Origin: Ministeria vibrans ATCC 50519
Lineage: Eukaryota > Protista > Filasterea
Length of the DNA stretch: 64,000 bases
Reading direction: 5' to 3'
NCBI GenBank assembly: GCA_943704425.1
Contig: CALSCP010001725.1
Coordinates: 55,460-119,459 of the forward strand
Made by a program: the position numbers and the translations under genes. The first letter of the stretch is position 1, and each line of letters starts with the position of its first letter. The notes below the pieces were generated by a model. It saw only the letters and a list, made by a program, of their open reading frames with translations. It had not been told where the DNA came from and did no database searches. Shown piece by piece: positions 1-13,738 of this stretch.

Positions 1-1
1 G

Positions 2-799
2 TGCACCGACTGTGGGTGTCAGCTCGAAGGAGCATGCATCACTGTGAAGAACCAGTCGTACTGCGACGCATGTGGACCACGGGCATTCCACCGTGAACAA
101 GCACACCAGGGTGCAGCAAACGATGGGGATGGAGAGGATGAAGGCGCAGTGGGGAAGGTCACGCGAGCCATGTCGGATCTGATGGGAGACGGCGAGCGAC
201 GGGTGAGCTTGTCGGGTGGTGGCGGGGACGACAGTGTCTTCTACGAAGCGGATGACGACGAGTCGGGCGGCATTGCCAGTGGCGAGTCGGGGCGATCACA
301 GTCGTACTCGGAGACGCCCGGCACGTCTGTCACGCCCTCTGCATCGCCCACGCGCGCAGCCGCCACTCCGAGCATCAGCACGACATTTGTGAGCGGCGAA
401 CAGGCGCCCGTCGCCGGCACCCAGCCGCCCACCAAAAAGACAGCCAAGGACAAGCTGCTTGTGTGGTGTTCGCTCATGACACAGCGCTACGAGGATGTGA
501 CCATCCGCGACTTCAGCGAGTCGTGGCGCGATGGTCGCGCTCTCTGCGCTCTCCTCCATCGCTTTGTGCCTGACCTTATCGCATTTGACTCCACGGCTGA
601 AGACGACGTAGACTGTGACGATCCAGCTGCGTCGCGTGCGCGTGCGCTCTTTCTGCGCGCTTTTCACACCGCCGAGTCCATTGGTATCCGCACTATCCTC
701 GACATTGACGATCTTGCCCGCGCTGCCCCCGACCCCCAGCTCATGACACTCTATCTCGCTGATGTCTATCGTGTCTTCAAGTCTCGCTCATTAAAATAA
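2..799 (+). CDS. LIM + C-terminal calponin-homology (CH) domain protein, 5' truncated by window edge
   Basis: Frame open from nt 2 reads CTDCGCQLEGACITVKNQSYCDAC (second zinc knuckle of a LIM domain). A low-complexity linker follows, then a type-2 CH domain: LLVWC...YEDVTIRDFSESWRDGRALCALLHRFVPDLI...AF..AE.IGI..ILD.DD....PD...MTLYL. Stop at 797-799. Confidence 0.8.
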   Translation, partial: CTDCGCQLEGACITVKNQSYCDACGPRAFHREQAHQGAANDGDGEDEGAVGKVTRAMSDLMGDGERRVSLSGGGGDDSVFYEADDDESGGIASGESGRSQSYSETPGTSVTPSASPTRAAATPSISTTFVSGEQAPVAGTQPPTKKTAKDKLLVWCSLMTQRYEDVTIRDFSESWRDGRALCALLHRFVPDLIAFDSTAEDDVDCDDPAASRARALFLRAFHTAESIGIRTILDIDDLARAAPDPQLMTLYLADVYRVFKSRSLK

Positions 800-870
800 T
801 TCCAAAAAGGAACTGTACTGTAAAACAAACGACAACCCCTTCATCCCCGCTCGCTCTAAACTTCATTCTG

Positions 871-1827
871 TTACGTGTAATGGACAACGTCTCCAATAGC
901 AATGGGGCCTTCGCGCGCCAGAGCCATCTGCAGTCCGAATGCGGGCGTCTTGTAACGCGCGTCGACGTGCGACTTGAGCCGGTACGTCTTTAGTGTTGCG
1001 GTGGGCTCGTGCTCGCCCATCACTGTGGCCGTCAGGGTGTCCAGGTTGATCATAGGACACCGCGTGCACAGTTTCACGCGACGCAGAGTGGCTGCTGTTG
1101 CGGTGTCGTCGCCAAAGACAGTCGTTTGCCAGTCATCTTCGGCGTGTGGCGCGCAGCCCGACACAACAACGTTGGGGCGGAACTGTTCGATGCGCGCCAA
1201 AGGTCGTCCCTGCGCTTTCAGCTTGGCATTGAGTGTGTCCATAGCGGAGCTGCTGAGGACCATGTAGGAGGTGTTGTTCGCAAAGGCGCACTGGTCGTCG
1301 GGCGAGGCAAAGGTTCCCCAGTTCTTGTCGTTAGCAAGGAAGCGCCCAGACTTGTTGAGCATCAGCCGATGGCCCTCGACACCAATCGCCCGCGAGATCC
1401 AGGCAGCAGCAGCGTCGCCCAGATCAACGGCTCTTGCCGGCACACGGTACACGTCCACCTCGGCGGTAGGAAGCGACGCGTCGGCCGCAGCCGCAGCCAG
1501 ATCGATCGTGAGTGCCTCCGCCATGCTCTCCGCCGTGACACGCAGTACCAGCGACTCAGAAATGGTGGGGCGCAACAGCAACAGCCGTTTGCACTTGTTG
1601 GCATTCACAAAGGCGCCGGTCGCATCGACCACGACGCAACAGCGGTCGCCACGTAGCCCCTGTGCCAGTGCCACTGTCTTTGTGACCGTCTCGCCCGCAC
1701 ACGATTTAATGGGATACACAATGAGGCGTTCGACCACCACGGGTGAGCTACGCCTTGCAAAGTATCGGTAGCCAACGTAGGCAACGGTTGCCGTAGCGAG
1801 CGTGAGAGCTGCAACTCGAGAATTCAT
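871..1827 (-). CDS. MTARC: MOSC-domain molybdoenzyme, mitochondrial amidoxime-reducing component (mARC)-like
   Basis: Single-exon 318-aa ORF with an N-terminal hydrophobic anchor, MOSC_N motifs LIVYPIKSC and DR, FRPNVVVSG, EDDW, and the Moco-ligand motif CTRC. Confidence 0.85.
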   Translation of the reverse strand: MNSRVAALTLATATVAYVGYRYFARRSSPVVVERLIVYPIKSCAGETVTKTVALAQGLRGDRCCVVVDATGAFVNANKCKRLLLLRPTISESLVLRVTAESMAEALTIDLAAAAADASLPTAEVDVYRVPARAVDLGDAAAAWISRAIGVEGHRLMLNKSGRFLANDKNWGTFASPDDQCAFANNTSYMVLSSSAMDTLNAKLKAQGRPLARIEQFRPNVVVSGCAPHAEDDWQTTVFGDDTATAATLRRVKLCTRCPMINLDTLTATVMGEHEPTATLKTYRLKSHVDARYKTPAFGLQMALAREGPIAIGDVVHYT

Positions 1828-1948
1828 ACAAGAAATATAAATGTTTGACTTTTATGATCGATACAAATAAATTACACAGAAGACCGGCAAAAACCGACAC
1901 CCAAGTGGGGCACGCGTCAGGAGCTCAGAGTAGCCAGAACCGAATGAC

Positions 1949-2735
1949 TCAGACCTTCTTAATCTGTACATTCGATTGTTGAATGATGGGACGAGGACGT
2001 GTCCGAAAGAGGATTTTGTTCCGCACCAGCGCAACTACCACCATCTCAGTGGTGCCCTGCAAACACACAAAGAAATGGGTGTTGATAGGAAGACATGAAG
2101 CACAGCCGTGAACGTAAATCAGGAAATCGCGGACACCCACGGTGAGAGATGTGGCATGTTGAATGAGAGAGAGAGAGAGAGGGAAGAGGTCAATGACTCA
2201 AAAAAGGTCACATACGTGTGCTTGGCGAGTGTGAAAACCAATCACGAGACTCTGCGCAGACTCACAGTGAGAGACAACACACGCAAACTCACATAAACGT
2301 ACACATTCACACATTCATTCACATAAAATGGATTTGGCGCCTGAAACACAAAGGTCAACAGTGTCAGTCTCACCTTCAATTCGCCATCTGCTAGTACCAC
2401 ACCCGAACCAGTATCCGGCTGTTCATTGTGGGGGTCGTGATGGACCGTCTTGAGGACAGCCAATGGCTTCTTAAGAGCGACGCGCGCACCGCTCATGACG
2501 TGCGACCCGACAACAATCATTGGATTGCCCTTGTCGTCCACTCCAATGGTCCCCAGATGCTGGCCTGCTTGGATAGACACTCCTTTGGTGTCTAGCTCTC
2601 CCTGCAACTGCAACACGAAACAAGAAACAAGCGAGGGTTGGGTGGGCGAGTCGACACAGCGAGAACCGACACCTCAATGATTGTCCACTCATCCGGCTCA
2701 TTCTCGCTTGCAAATCGAACAGGTATTGCTGTCAT
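1949..2735 (-). CDS. CHTF8: Chromosome transmission fidelity protein 8 (CTF18-RFC subunit), 3 exons
   Basis: Spliced exons read MTAIPVRF..EWTIIE / LQGEL...LG.....GNP..VVG.H..SG..V.LKKPLAVL / VVALVRNKILFRTRPRPII*, the Ctf8 signature. Confidence 0.88.
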
Positions 2736-2955
2736 CGCAAAGATGAAGTCAAAAAAAAAAGGTGGGCTGTAGCCTGTGAGTAGCAAGTTGGAAGTACTAT
2801 GAAGAAATTGAGAATTGAGACCGAATAATGATCAACAATTTCACGATAAATACGATTCAATCTTTAATCGTCACATGCTCACGGCCTTCTGCCGACTACG
2901 ATTGTATAATACGTTAACACTCCCGCTATCGACTGTACCATCCAGCTTGCGACAG

Positions 2956-3726
2956 ATGGCGACGAATGCAGACTACCGGGTGAGCATTCAAAAAGCACTC
3001 ATGACCGCGAATGTGCTGTCTCTCTTAACAGCGTCGTTCTTCTTGATAAGGCCGCTGTGCGCGCTCTCAATTCACTTCAGAGCAATGCAGCGGATCTCAA
3101 GCGAGCGCGCGAGCTTGGCTCCGGACGTCCTTCCGACGCCGGCCTGGCAGACACCCGTGCCGCGTTGGCTGACTTGGCCATCACGCAAGAGCACCTCACC
3201 CGCCTGCGCGTGGTCCACTTGTCTGGCACCAAAGGCAAAGGATCGACCTCTGCCATGGCTGAATCAATGCTTCGGACTTGTGGTGCGCGTACGGGTTTCT
3301 TCAGGTCTCTTCACGTTTCAAGCACCTTTCTGTTTTGATCCTTTCCCACCGTACATCATAGTTCACCGCATTTGATTGAGGTGCGCGAACGAATCCGCCT
3401 CAACGGCCGCCCAATTTCTCGTGAATTGTTTGCGCAACGCTTCTGGGAGACGTGGACTGGCCTGGGCGGCTCTCGCAGCGGCCAAAAGGCCCCCGACAGA
3501 CCAATGCCACCCTATTTCCGTTTCCTTACTCTCATGGCGCTGCACACTTTTGTCGAAGAACGCGTACGATTGACAACAAATGTGTGCAGTTCCAATGTAC
3601 TTTTGTGTGTTTCAGGTTGATGCAGTGGTGCTTGAAGTGGGATTGGGTGGGCGCTACGACAGCACAAACATAATTGACTCACCCACAGGTAAGAAGGGAG
3701 CGACAGAGTGTGATGGTGTGTGTGAT

Positions 3727-3787
<61 letters not shown>

Positions 3788-5785
3788 NNNNNNNNNNNNN
3801 NNNNNNNNNNNNNNNNNNNNNNNNNNNNNNNNNNNNNNNNNNNNNNNNNNNNNNNNNNNNNNNNNNNNNNNNNNNNNNNNNNNNNNNNNNNNNNNNNNNN
3901 NNNNNNNNNNNNNNNNNNNNNNNNNNNNNNNNNNNNNNNNNNNNNNNNNNNNNNNNNNNNNNNNNNNNNNNNNNNNNNNNNNNNNNNNNNNNNNNNNNNN
4001 NNNNNNNNNNNNNNNNNNNNNNNNNNNNNNNNNNNNNNNNNNNNNNNNNNNNNNNNNNNNNNNNNNNNNNNNNNNNNNNNNNNNNNNNNNNNNNNNNNNN
4101 NNNNNNNNNNNNNNNNNNNNNNNNNNNNNNNNNNNNNNNNNNNNNNNNNNNNNNNNNNNNNNNNNNNNNNNNNNNNNNNNNNNNNNNNNNNNNNNNNNNN
4201 NNNNNNNNNNNNNNNNNTGCATGTGCGTGTGCGTGAGTGTGTGTCTTTGTGGTGCATCTGCGTGTGCGTGAGTGTGTGTCTTTGTGGTGCATGTGCGTGT
4301 GCGTGAGTGTGTGTCTTTGTGGTGCATGTGCGTGTGCGTGAGTGTGTGTCTTTGTGGTGCATGTGCGTGTGCGTGAGCGTGTGTCTTTGTGGTGTGTGTG
4401 TGTGTGTCAGTCTTTGTGGTGTATGTAAATATGTATGTCTGTGAATGAAACAGCTCATCAATTGCGTTTGCTCTACAGTGTGTGGCACATGTTCGCTGGG
4501 TCATGACCATGAAGCCATTCTTGGCGATACCATCTCCAAGATTGCCCATCAAAAGGGCGGGATTTACAAGAGAAACGTACGAGCACAAAAAGTGTATACA
4601 ATCTTTCTAACCTGATTGACGATTAGGTACCCTGTGTATCTGTGCCACAGCCTGAAGACGGATTTGCGGTGTTGATGGAGTGTGCGCGGGCGCAAGGGAC
4701 TTCACTGATGGCCACACCTCCGCTTGAGGCATACGAGCAACTTACACAACGACCAATCGCGCTGGGTAAAGTATATCATGTGCAAAAACGTCGCTTGAAT
4801 ATAATTCTGGTATAGGACTGAGCGGTACGTTCCAACGAGTGAATGCGGCTTTGGCACTTTCTGTTGTATCACTGTGGCTACAGCAGCACCACACTGCTGT
4901 GCCTGCACTAACGGAGTGGGCGCGCGACTTTGGGGCTACTCTGGCGCAGCACGCATCCTCCGACTCGTCTCCACCACTTACGTCGCCCCATTCGGCGGAC
5001 CCTTCCACCTCAGCGGTCCCTGGTTGTTCCTATTCGCGCCCCTTTGTTGTCCCTTCGCCCCTGTGTGATGCGCTCAGAGATTGTCGCTGGCCTGGTCGTG
5101 CTCAAGTATGAGATGCTGCGCCCCAGTGCAACCCTACACCATTGACTGTTCTTGTTAACGTAGACACTGAGTACGTTCGACTCGAGAGCCACTGTGTATC
5201 TTGACGGTGCACACACTCCCGAGAGCATTCAGGTGTGTGCCGACTGGTACGCACAAGTTGAACAGCAGCACACACACCCGGCCCAGCGCATTCTCTTGTT
5301 CAACTGCAGTGGGGATCGAGAGGTACCAGACATGTGTTTAGCATTCGACAACTCCCTTCTTACAGTTATTTTTCTTTGATATCAGTTTGGGCGACTTGTT
5401 GGGCCGCTTGCTCACTTTCAGTTTGACCAGGTGCTCTTTTGTCCCAACATCCAGTCGACTCAGCCTAGCGAAGATTCTGGTGCGACTTGCTTGCAGCCGT
5501 CTTTCTCTTTCGTAACACTCTCGTGCTGTAGACAACGCAAACAACACAGTGGACTGGACAAAGATTGACAGTCGAACTGAAGAGATTGAGCAGACATTTC
5601 TGAGCGCGACGCACCACCCCACAATGACGCGCCGCTTTCGCTGCATTCAAGATGCAGTCGAGTACGTTGAGGCGCTGAGCAGGAACACAGTTGGTGGTGA
5701 TGGTGAGGTTGTGCGAGTGCTTGTGACGGGCTCGTTGCATCTTGTGGGTGGTGTACTGACCGCACTCAACGTGGGCGTCCAGTAA
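2956..5785 (+). CDS. FPGS: Folylpolyglutamate synthase, multi-exon, spans an N gap
   Basis: Motifs HLSGTKGKGSTSA (P-loop), SPHLIEVRERIRLNG, YFRFLTLMA, LEVGLGGRYDSTNII, LGHDH..ILGDT..KIA.QKGGI, WPGRAQ, YLDGAHTPESI and VLVTGSLHLVGGVL, on GT-AG exons. Confidence 0.95.
3728..3787. repeat. (GT)n microsatellite in FPGS intron, abutting gap
   Basis: Visible perfect GT run leading into Ns. Confidence 0.95.
3788..4217. other. Assembly gap (N run)
   Basis: Run of N. Confidence 0.99.
4218..4392. repeat. 35-bp minisatellite, about 5 copies (TGCATGTGCGTGTGCGTGAGTGTGTGTCTTTGTGG)
   Basis: Units start at 4218, 4253, 4288, 4323 and 4358; intronic in FPGS. Confidence 0.9.
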
Positions 5786-5979
5786 TGACGCGTACACACA
5801 CACACGCACACACACACACACACCACACATACTGCATTGGTAGCACACTCAAACCAAACCCATAGTCACTTTAATGAATGGAATAAGAAAGAATAACTTA
5901 GATATATTATATGTGTACTAATTGTTAAGTTTGCAAGGAGTGGCGTTCACATTCAGCGCGCGACTTTATGTGTTTTTGC

Positions 5980-6294
5980 TTACTCCTTCTTCGGTTGCAT
6001 TTTGTGGCGAGCCTCTTTGCGCATGTCCCACCACTCAAAAAAGTTGAGCATGAGAAAGCCGACTATGACAAGACCAAGGCCGCCCATGGCACGAGCGGGA
6101 AGGGAGAAGTGGTGGAGGAAGTGGTCGGCGACGACGGACGCAGGGATGGTCAACATGGTTCCAATGGCCATAAAGAGCGGGGACGACAGGAAGATGCCGA
6201 TGAAGAGGAAGATTTGATAGCACGAGTCTGAGTACAGGATACAAGGTAGGAGTGTGAGTGCGATCGGAGAGAGGGACAATTTCGAGTGCGATCA

Positions 6295-6373
<79 letters not shown>

Positions 6374-8081
6374 GGAAAAAGAAACAAAGTGATAGAGAGA
6401 GAGAAACAAACTGATAGAGAGTCATACAGAGAGAGAAACAAAGTGATAGAGAGAGAAACAAAGTGATATAAGACAAAGTGAGAAACAAAGTGCTAGAGAG
6501 AGATTGAATTGACAAAATACGATTGAAGTGAGCGAATCCCAACAACTCTTACCAATGACAACGACAATGGCAAAATCAGTCAGAGCGGAACCCGTGGGAG
6601 GATTCCACACCTCAATGCCAGTGGAGTTGAGCATAAAGAAGAAGGGCCACAACAGAATGGTGTTCCACACGCCAATGGCACCAAGAAAGCGACATGTGTC
6701 GGCCGTCTGCATCAGCCGGTCGGGCGGGACCCCCTCACGCAGCTCAGGTTGCACCACAAAGCGTTGGAAGAGTACTTCGTACAGCGCATAGCCAATTGTG
6801 CTGAGGACCACCATGGCGTAGCCGAGTGCGTCGCCGTTGCTGCCTGACGCAGGCTGTTCGGGCGGCGGCGAGAATGCAATCAGAAACACCCCCGCGACAC
6901 ACACACACACTAAGCAAGTGTTTCATTCAGAAAAATCGACGGGAAACAATTCGTCTTCTGTACCTGCAATGACTTTGTTGAGCACAAGCTTTTCTTTGAG
7001 AATGGGAATGGCCAAGAGGTAGACAAAGACACACGAAGAGTTGTAGATGCCTGTGTTGGCGGAAACGCTCGTGCGCGGCAGCGACACATACCACGTCATT
7101 GAGATGCCTACGATGGGAATCAAACTCACTGCTGTGCACGGTTGTGCGCCTTTTCCGTACCCAGACACAGTAGGTTGTAGAAGAAGGTCAACACTAGGGT
7201 CCTCTTGGTCATCCACGGTCCCCATTCACGATCAGGGTTGGGATCGACCTGACGAGTGTTTTCATCAGACGCAATATCGTCGACTCTAATATAACAATGA
7301 ATTTAGTAGGATGTCGCGAAGTAATAATAATATTTTTGGGTGAATGAGACTCGTTTAAGAAACACATCAAACCCATTCAACACGTACTGGATAGGTTGGT
7401 ACGGGGGTGGCAGCAGCGCCCTCTTCCGAGCCTTGCGTTGGTCCCACAGTCGCATGCACACGTAGATGAGGCCAAACAAGGAGTAGCCGACGTGAATGAA
7501 GTAGGTCATGAAGTAGGGCTGCACGCGGATACAGCCGTCGCACGGTTAGCACTGGGTGTCATAGACGACACTCCCACACAGATACTCACTCATCCACAGC
7601 TTGAACTCACACTCTCACCGATATGAATATGAGACGTTATGACAAAAAAAANNNNNNNNNNNNNNNNNNNNNNNNNNNNNNNNNNNNNNNNNNNNNNNNN
7701 NNNNNNNNNNNNNNNNNNNNNNNNNNNNNNNNNNNNNNNNNNNNNNNNNNNNNNNNNNNNNNNNNNNNNNNNNNNNNNNNNNNNNNNNNNNNNNNNNNNN
7801 NNNNNNNNNNNNNNNNNNNNNNNNNNNNNNNNNNNNNNNNNNNNNNNNNNNNNNNNNNNNNNNNNNNNNNNNNNNNNNNNNNNNNNNNNNNNNNNNNNNN
7901 NNNNNNNNNNNNNNNNNNNNNNNNNNNNNNNNNNNNNNNNNNNNNNNNNNNNAAAAAAAATAGAGACAAAGGGCATCTGCGCAGCGCCCACGCTGAAGCC
8001 CACAGGCAGTGTCCACGGGGTGTTGACGGGCTTCTCTGGCGCTGGGGTTCCTCGACGCTCGAGCCGATCCGCTGTCGTCAC
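5980..8081 (-). CDS. SLC35F-like (EamA/DMT) multi-pass transporter; 5' end uncertain (N gap)
   Basis: Exons read QPYFMTYFIHVGYSL, TWYVSLPRTSVSANTGIYNSSCVFVYLLAIPILKEKL, YALYEVLF and LSSPLFMAIGTMLTIPASVVAD, typical of SLC35F3/F4/F5-like DMT proteins. Confidence 0.8.
6296..6500. repeat. (AG)n tract plus AAACAAAGTGATAGAG units, intronic
   Basis: Visible repeat. Confidence 0.9.
7652..7952. other. Assembly gap (N run)
   Basis: Run of N. Confidence 0.99.
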
Positions 8082-8651
8082 TGCCCCGTCCGCTTCTCCC
8101 TGCTCTGCCGCCCCTCTCTCTCCCTCTCGCTCCCCCTTCCCCCCCGCCCGCCCCTCTCCCGCTCTCGTGCTCCCTTGATCCGCCCCTCCTTCTGCTCCCC
8201 GTGCCGCTGTCTGTCATCACACTGTTGGAGACGTTTCGCCGAAAAAAAAAAAGCTTTTCCTCATTTCGACACTTTTCCGGCTGTAAGCCATCATCCTTTT
8301 GCATGCCACGCCACACTCTTTTGTCTTAGTATCTATGGAGCACCCGGTGCCCGAAGGAAAGTGGATGCAGCTATAGCAATTTCGAAAAAGCTTCGCTTTT
8401 TATTTTTCCTTTTTTTTTTTTGTCTTTTCGTGTCGCACTGCAATATGTTCACTTCCTGCCGCTACGCATGCGTCTCTGGCGCCCACTCTTTCGCGAGCCT
8501 CTTCCACACGCTGTGATGTGAAATGTTGGTCTTGGTGCGCGGTGCCTATGCTTCTCTTCAGCGAGCGCTGTCACTCTTTTTGTCATTTGTGCTTCGTCTT
8601 GCTTTTTTTTCCTTGTTTTGTCTCAACCTGTTTTCTGGAAATTGTGTGTAG

Positions 8652-10830
<2,179 letters not shown>

Positions 10831-10995
10831 TCCCACCACCTCTGTGTCTCTTTTTTTTTTGTCTGTGTGTTTGTGTGTGTGTCTATTGAGAGTTGAACAT
10901 CTTTTTTGAGTTTGTTTGTTTGTTTGAGAGAGAGAGAGGGAGAGAGAGGGAATAAAGGTCTTATGGTCTTTTTTTCTCCAATGTTGTGTTGTGTT

Positions 10996-12131
10996 TTATT
11001 CGCTACTCTGGATGACATACCAAGTGACGGACTGAGGAGGCATGTCTACGTGGAGAGTGATAGTCTGCTCGCGGGAGAGGGACATGATGACGGGAGAGGC
11101 AGTTTCGTGGGCGACAGATGCAGTCGTGGTGATGCCGGTGAAGTAGAGGGGCACGTCGAAGGAGCGTGTCTTGGGGAATTCGGTGGGGTTGTAGAAGACG
11201 GCCATGCCACGGTGGTCAATGAGGCTAGACAAAAAGAGGAGTCAGAAAGAGGATAAATAAATAAGGGAAGAAAGGCGTACCTGTTTGCGTGGAGAATGCC
11301 ATCAATGTCCTGACCATCGGCTCGACGCAGGTGTACAATGTCACTGGTGAGCACGTCACGGTACTGCTTGAACCACGACACCCATTTGCGCACGACTGCC
11401 TCCACTGTCGGTGTGTCGTACAGGCGCGGGCCGCGGTAGCAGGCGGCAACGCCAAAGCCAAAGTACTGTCCCAACGCAAAGTCATACGCAGTCAAATGTT
11501 TGCTCATGGGTTCAAAAGCAGCTGCCGCGCCACCTCCATGGTAGTCAATGAGCGCTGTGGAGAGAAGAAGAAAAGAAAAATGAGTGGGACAGGGGTGATT
11601 TGAGTCGTACGGAGAAACATCCAGCCCATAGATGGAATGTAGTGGTAGAGATCGTCGTACATGCCCTGGCGCGAGACAAGCAGGTCCTCCCAGCGCGGCA
11701 GGGAGTATTGATTCTCGTTGTAGCCCATGGGTGCCTAAACAACATGCATGTGTGCGTGTGTGGTGTGTGTAAGTAAAGAGGGTGTCAGACAAAATGGATC
11801 AAGTGCCTTGTTGCCGCCCTGGAAAAAATACGTGTCCGGTTGATTGATGTAGACGTTGTGCTTGCGGAGGTACTGATAGAAGAGGTTTTGCTGCTGTGTC
11901 TGACGGTAGACAGAGTCGTCGAGATCGTGGTGGTACTTGTGGGTGGTCGCGGCGCACTTGCCACCGCCGTACGGTCCGTCAGTCTCAAAGTTCATCATGG
12001 AGATGTTGACGTACTCGAGGAACATGCCCGTGATTTTGTCGACCCAACCCGATGCAAAGCATGCGTCCAGACCCAATTCGCCCGTCGTCGCGTTGGTCAC
12101 GGTGTCCCATTGATCGCCCACGTTTCCTACG

Positions 12132-12223
<92 letters not shown>

Positions 12224-13552
12224 GAGGGAGAAACTAAGTGATAGACAGAAAGAGATAGAGAGAAAAACAAAGTGATAGAGGGAGAGAGAGACTCAGACTG
12301 CTCTGTTTATCGACATCCGACATACCGCCATAGCCGCCGTGTCCACGATCGAGGCAGATGAGGTCGTATCCGCCGACTTCGATATTCTTGGCAGACGCAT
12401 ACTCAATGTCCGACTTGATTTTGGCCAGGTGACTCAGTGATACATCTTCCAGGTTGAAGCCCGACCCAAATGAGTAGATCATCATTTCAAAGCCCACATT
12501 GGACATTTGGTCGACAACGCCCGGCACACCCTTTGCGTCTGTGTTGTGGAAGAAGATGGGCGACTCCATGGTCCACGGCGCAAGCAGACGGTACAGCCGA
12601 CGCTTGGCCAGGCCCTGACGCTCCGCATCCAGCGACTCCGTCACTGTGAGCATCGACCGGAACGATGTGAACCCATCGCGCGCCAACAGAACACCTAAAA
12701 AGAAACTATTAACAACCAGATGACTGTTTCTCCTTTGTTCTCACCTGGGCCAAGTGTGTAGGCACAGGTGAGAAGTGGCTCAGAAGCACCCGGAGCGGCA
12801 GCAGCGTGGGAATCGGTGGAGAAGGCACAGGATGCGCTGTGAGCCTGGTCGGTCTGGGCAAGCAGGAGTTGCTGGTAGGGCGCGTTGACTGCAAGGATTT
12901 CGCTGGTGGAGAGAGTCACTCGCGGGTCGGCGGTGGCACTTGACGGTAGACCAATGGTGATCCACTTGGCCATGACGGGGGCACCCTCGTACATCTCATA
13001 GTGAACAGTCACAATGAGGTCTTTGTGGTCCGGCATCACCTTGGAGGGCGGTGCGAAGCGCACGGCCAAGTGCAACCCTCGCGGCGGCCAGTTGGTCGTT
13101 TTGGGTGAGTGCCGGGTGCCAGGGGTCCACGGCAGGGGTGCAGTGGGAGCCGAGGTAGTGTGGGACAGATAGCTCCAGGCAGAGGGGTCACAGTCGGGTG
13201 CGGGCGCAGAGCGGTTGAAGAAGTCGTAAACAGTGCCTGTGGGCGGAGTCAAACACCCAATGGAGTACGTGGTGTTGTCAAGCTGCACAGTGGCTTCGGG
13301 GTAGACGGCTCGCAGCAGCGATTCGTCGCGCGCGTGCGAGTAGAAGTCGATCGTGCCAAACTTGTCGCCGCCAGCGAAGACGCGCGAAATAAGGCCATTC
13401 GTCAGTGTCCAGCGGCCCTCTTTCGACTGCGCAAACGTCACCGGAGTGGTCACGTTGACGACAAGCCAGTCGGGCACACTGGTGCTTCCCAGAGGCGCCC
13501 CCAGAGTCGTTGACGCGACGCACAACGCGACAGCGAAAACGAGACTCTTCAT
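10996..13552 (-). CDS. Secreted uncharacterised glycoside-hydrolase-like protein (alpha-galactosidase/clan GH-D-like TIM barrel), multi-exon
   Basis: Signal peptide MKSLVFAVALCVAS. Conserved blocks ERQGLA.RRLYR.LAPW..E.PIF.H, VGFEM.I.SFGSGFN.E, ETDGPY.G..CA.T.H, MGYNE.QYSLPR, YHGGG.AA.FEP, CYRGPRLYDT and SDIVHLRR.DG recall a family annotated as alpha-galactosidase in bacteria (from memory, not searched). Confidence 0.65.
12134..12280. repeat. (AG)n microsatellite with AAAGTGATAG units, intronic
   Basis: Visible repeat. Confidence 0.9.
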
Positions 13553-13738
13553 TGTTGTTCTTTCAAAAACAACAACAAAGAAATTTTCTAAATTTATTTC
13601 TATTATTAATAATAATTAAGTTACAAAATAAAAAAAAGTTGCGATCGATCATTCCATTTTGATGTGTTGACGGAAATCTGATAAGTGAAAATAGAGATGT
13701 TAACTCAGTTGAGAATTAGTAGTTTTCAATTTGTTCAT

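Noticed and set aside
4218-4392. 35-bp direct repeats resembling a CRISPR repeat length
   Set aside because: Units are head-to-tail with no unique spacers, there are no cas genes, and they lie in a eukaryotic intron; this is a minisatellite.
3512-4588. Long ORFs reading HTHT/CVCV/XXXX
   Set aside because: Artefacts of microsatellites and N gaps within a FPGS intron.
8335-8651. Candidate first exons for PTPN11
   Set aside because: No ATG-containing exon with a convincing phase-0 donor could be identified; left unresolved.
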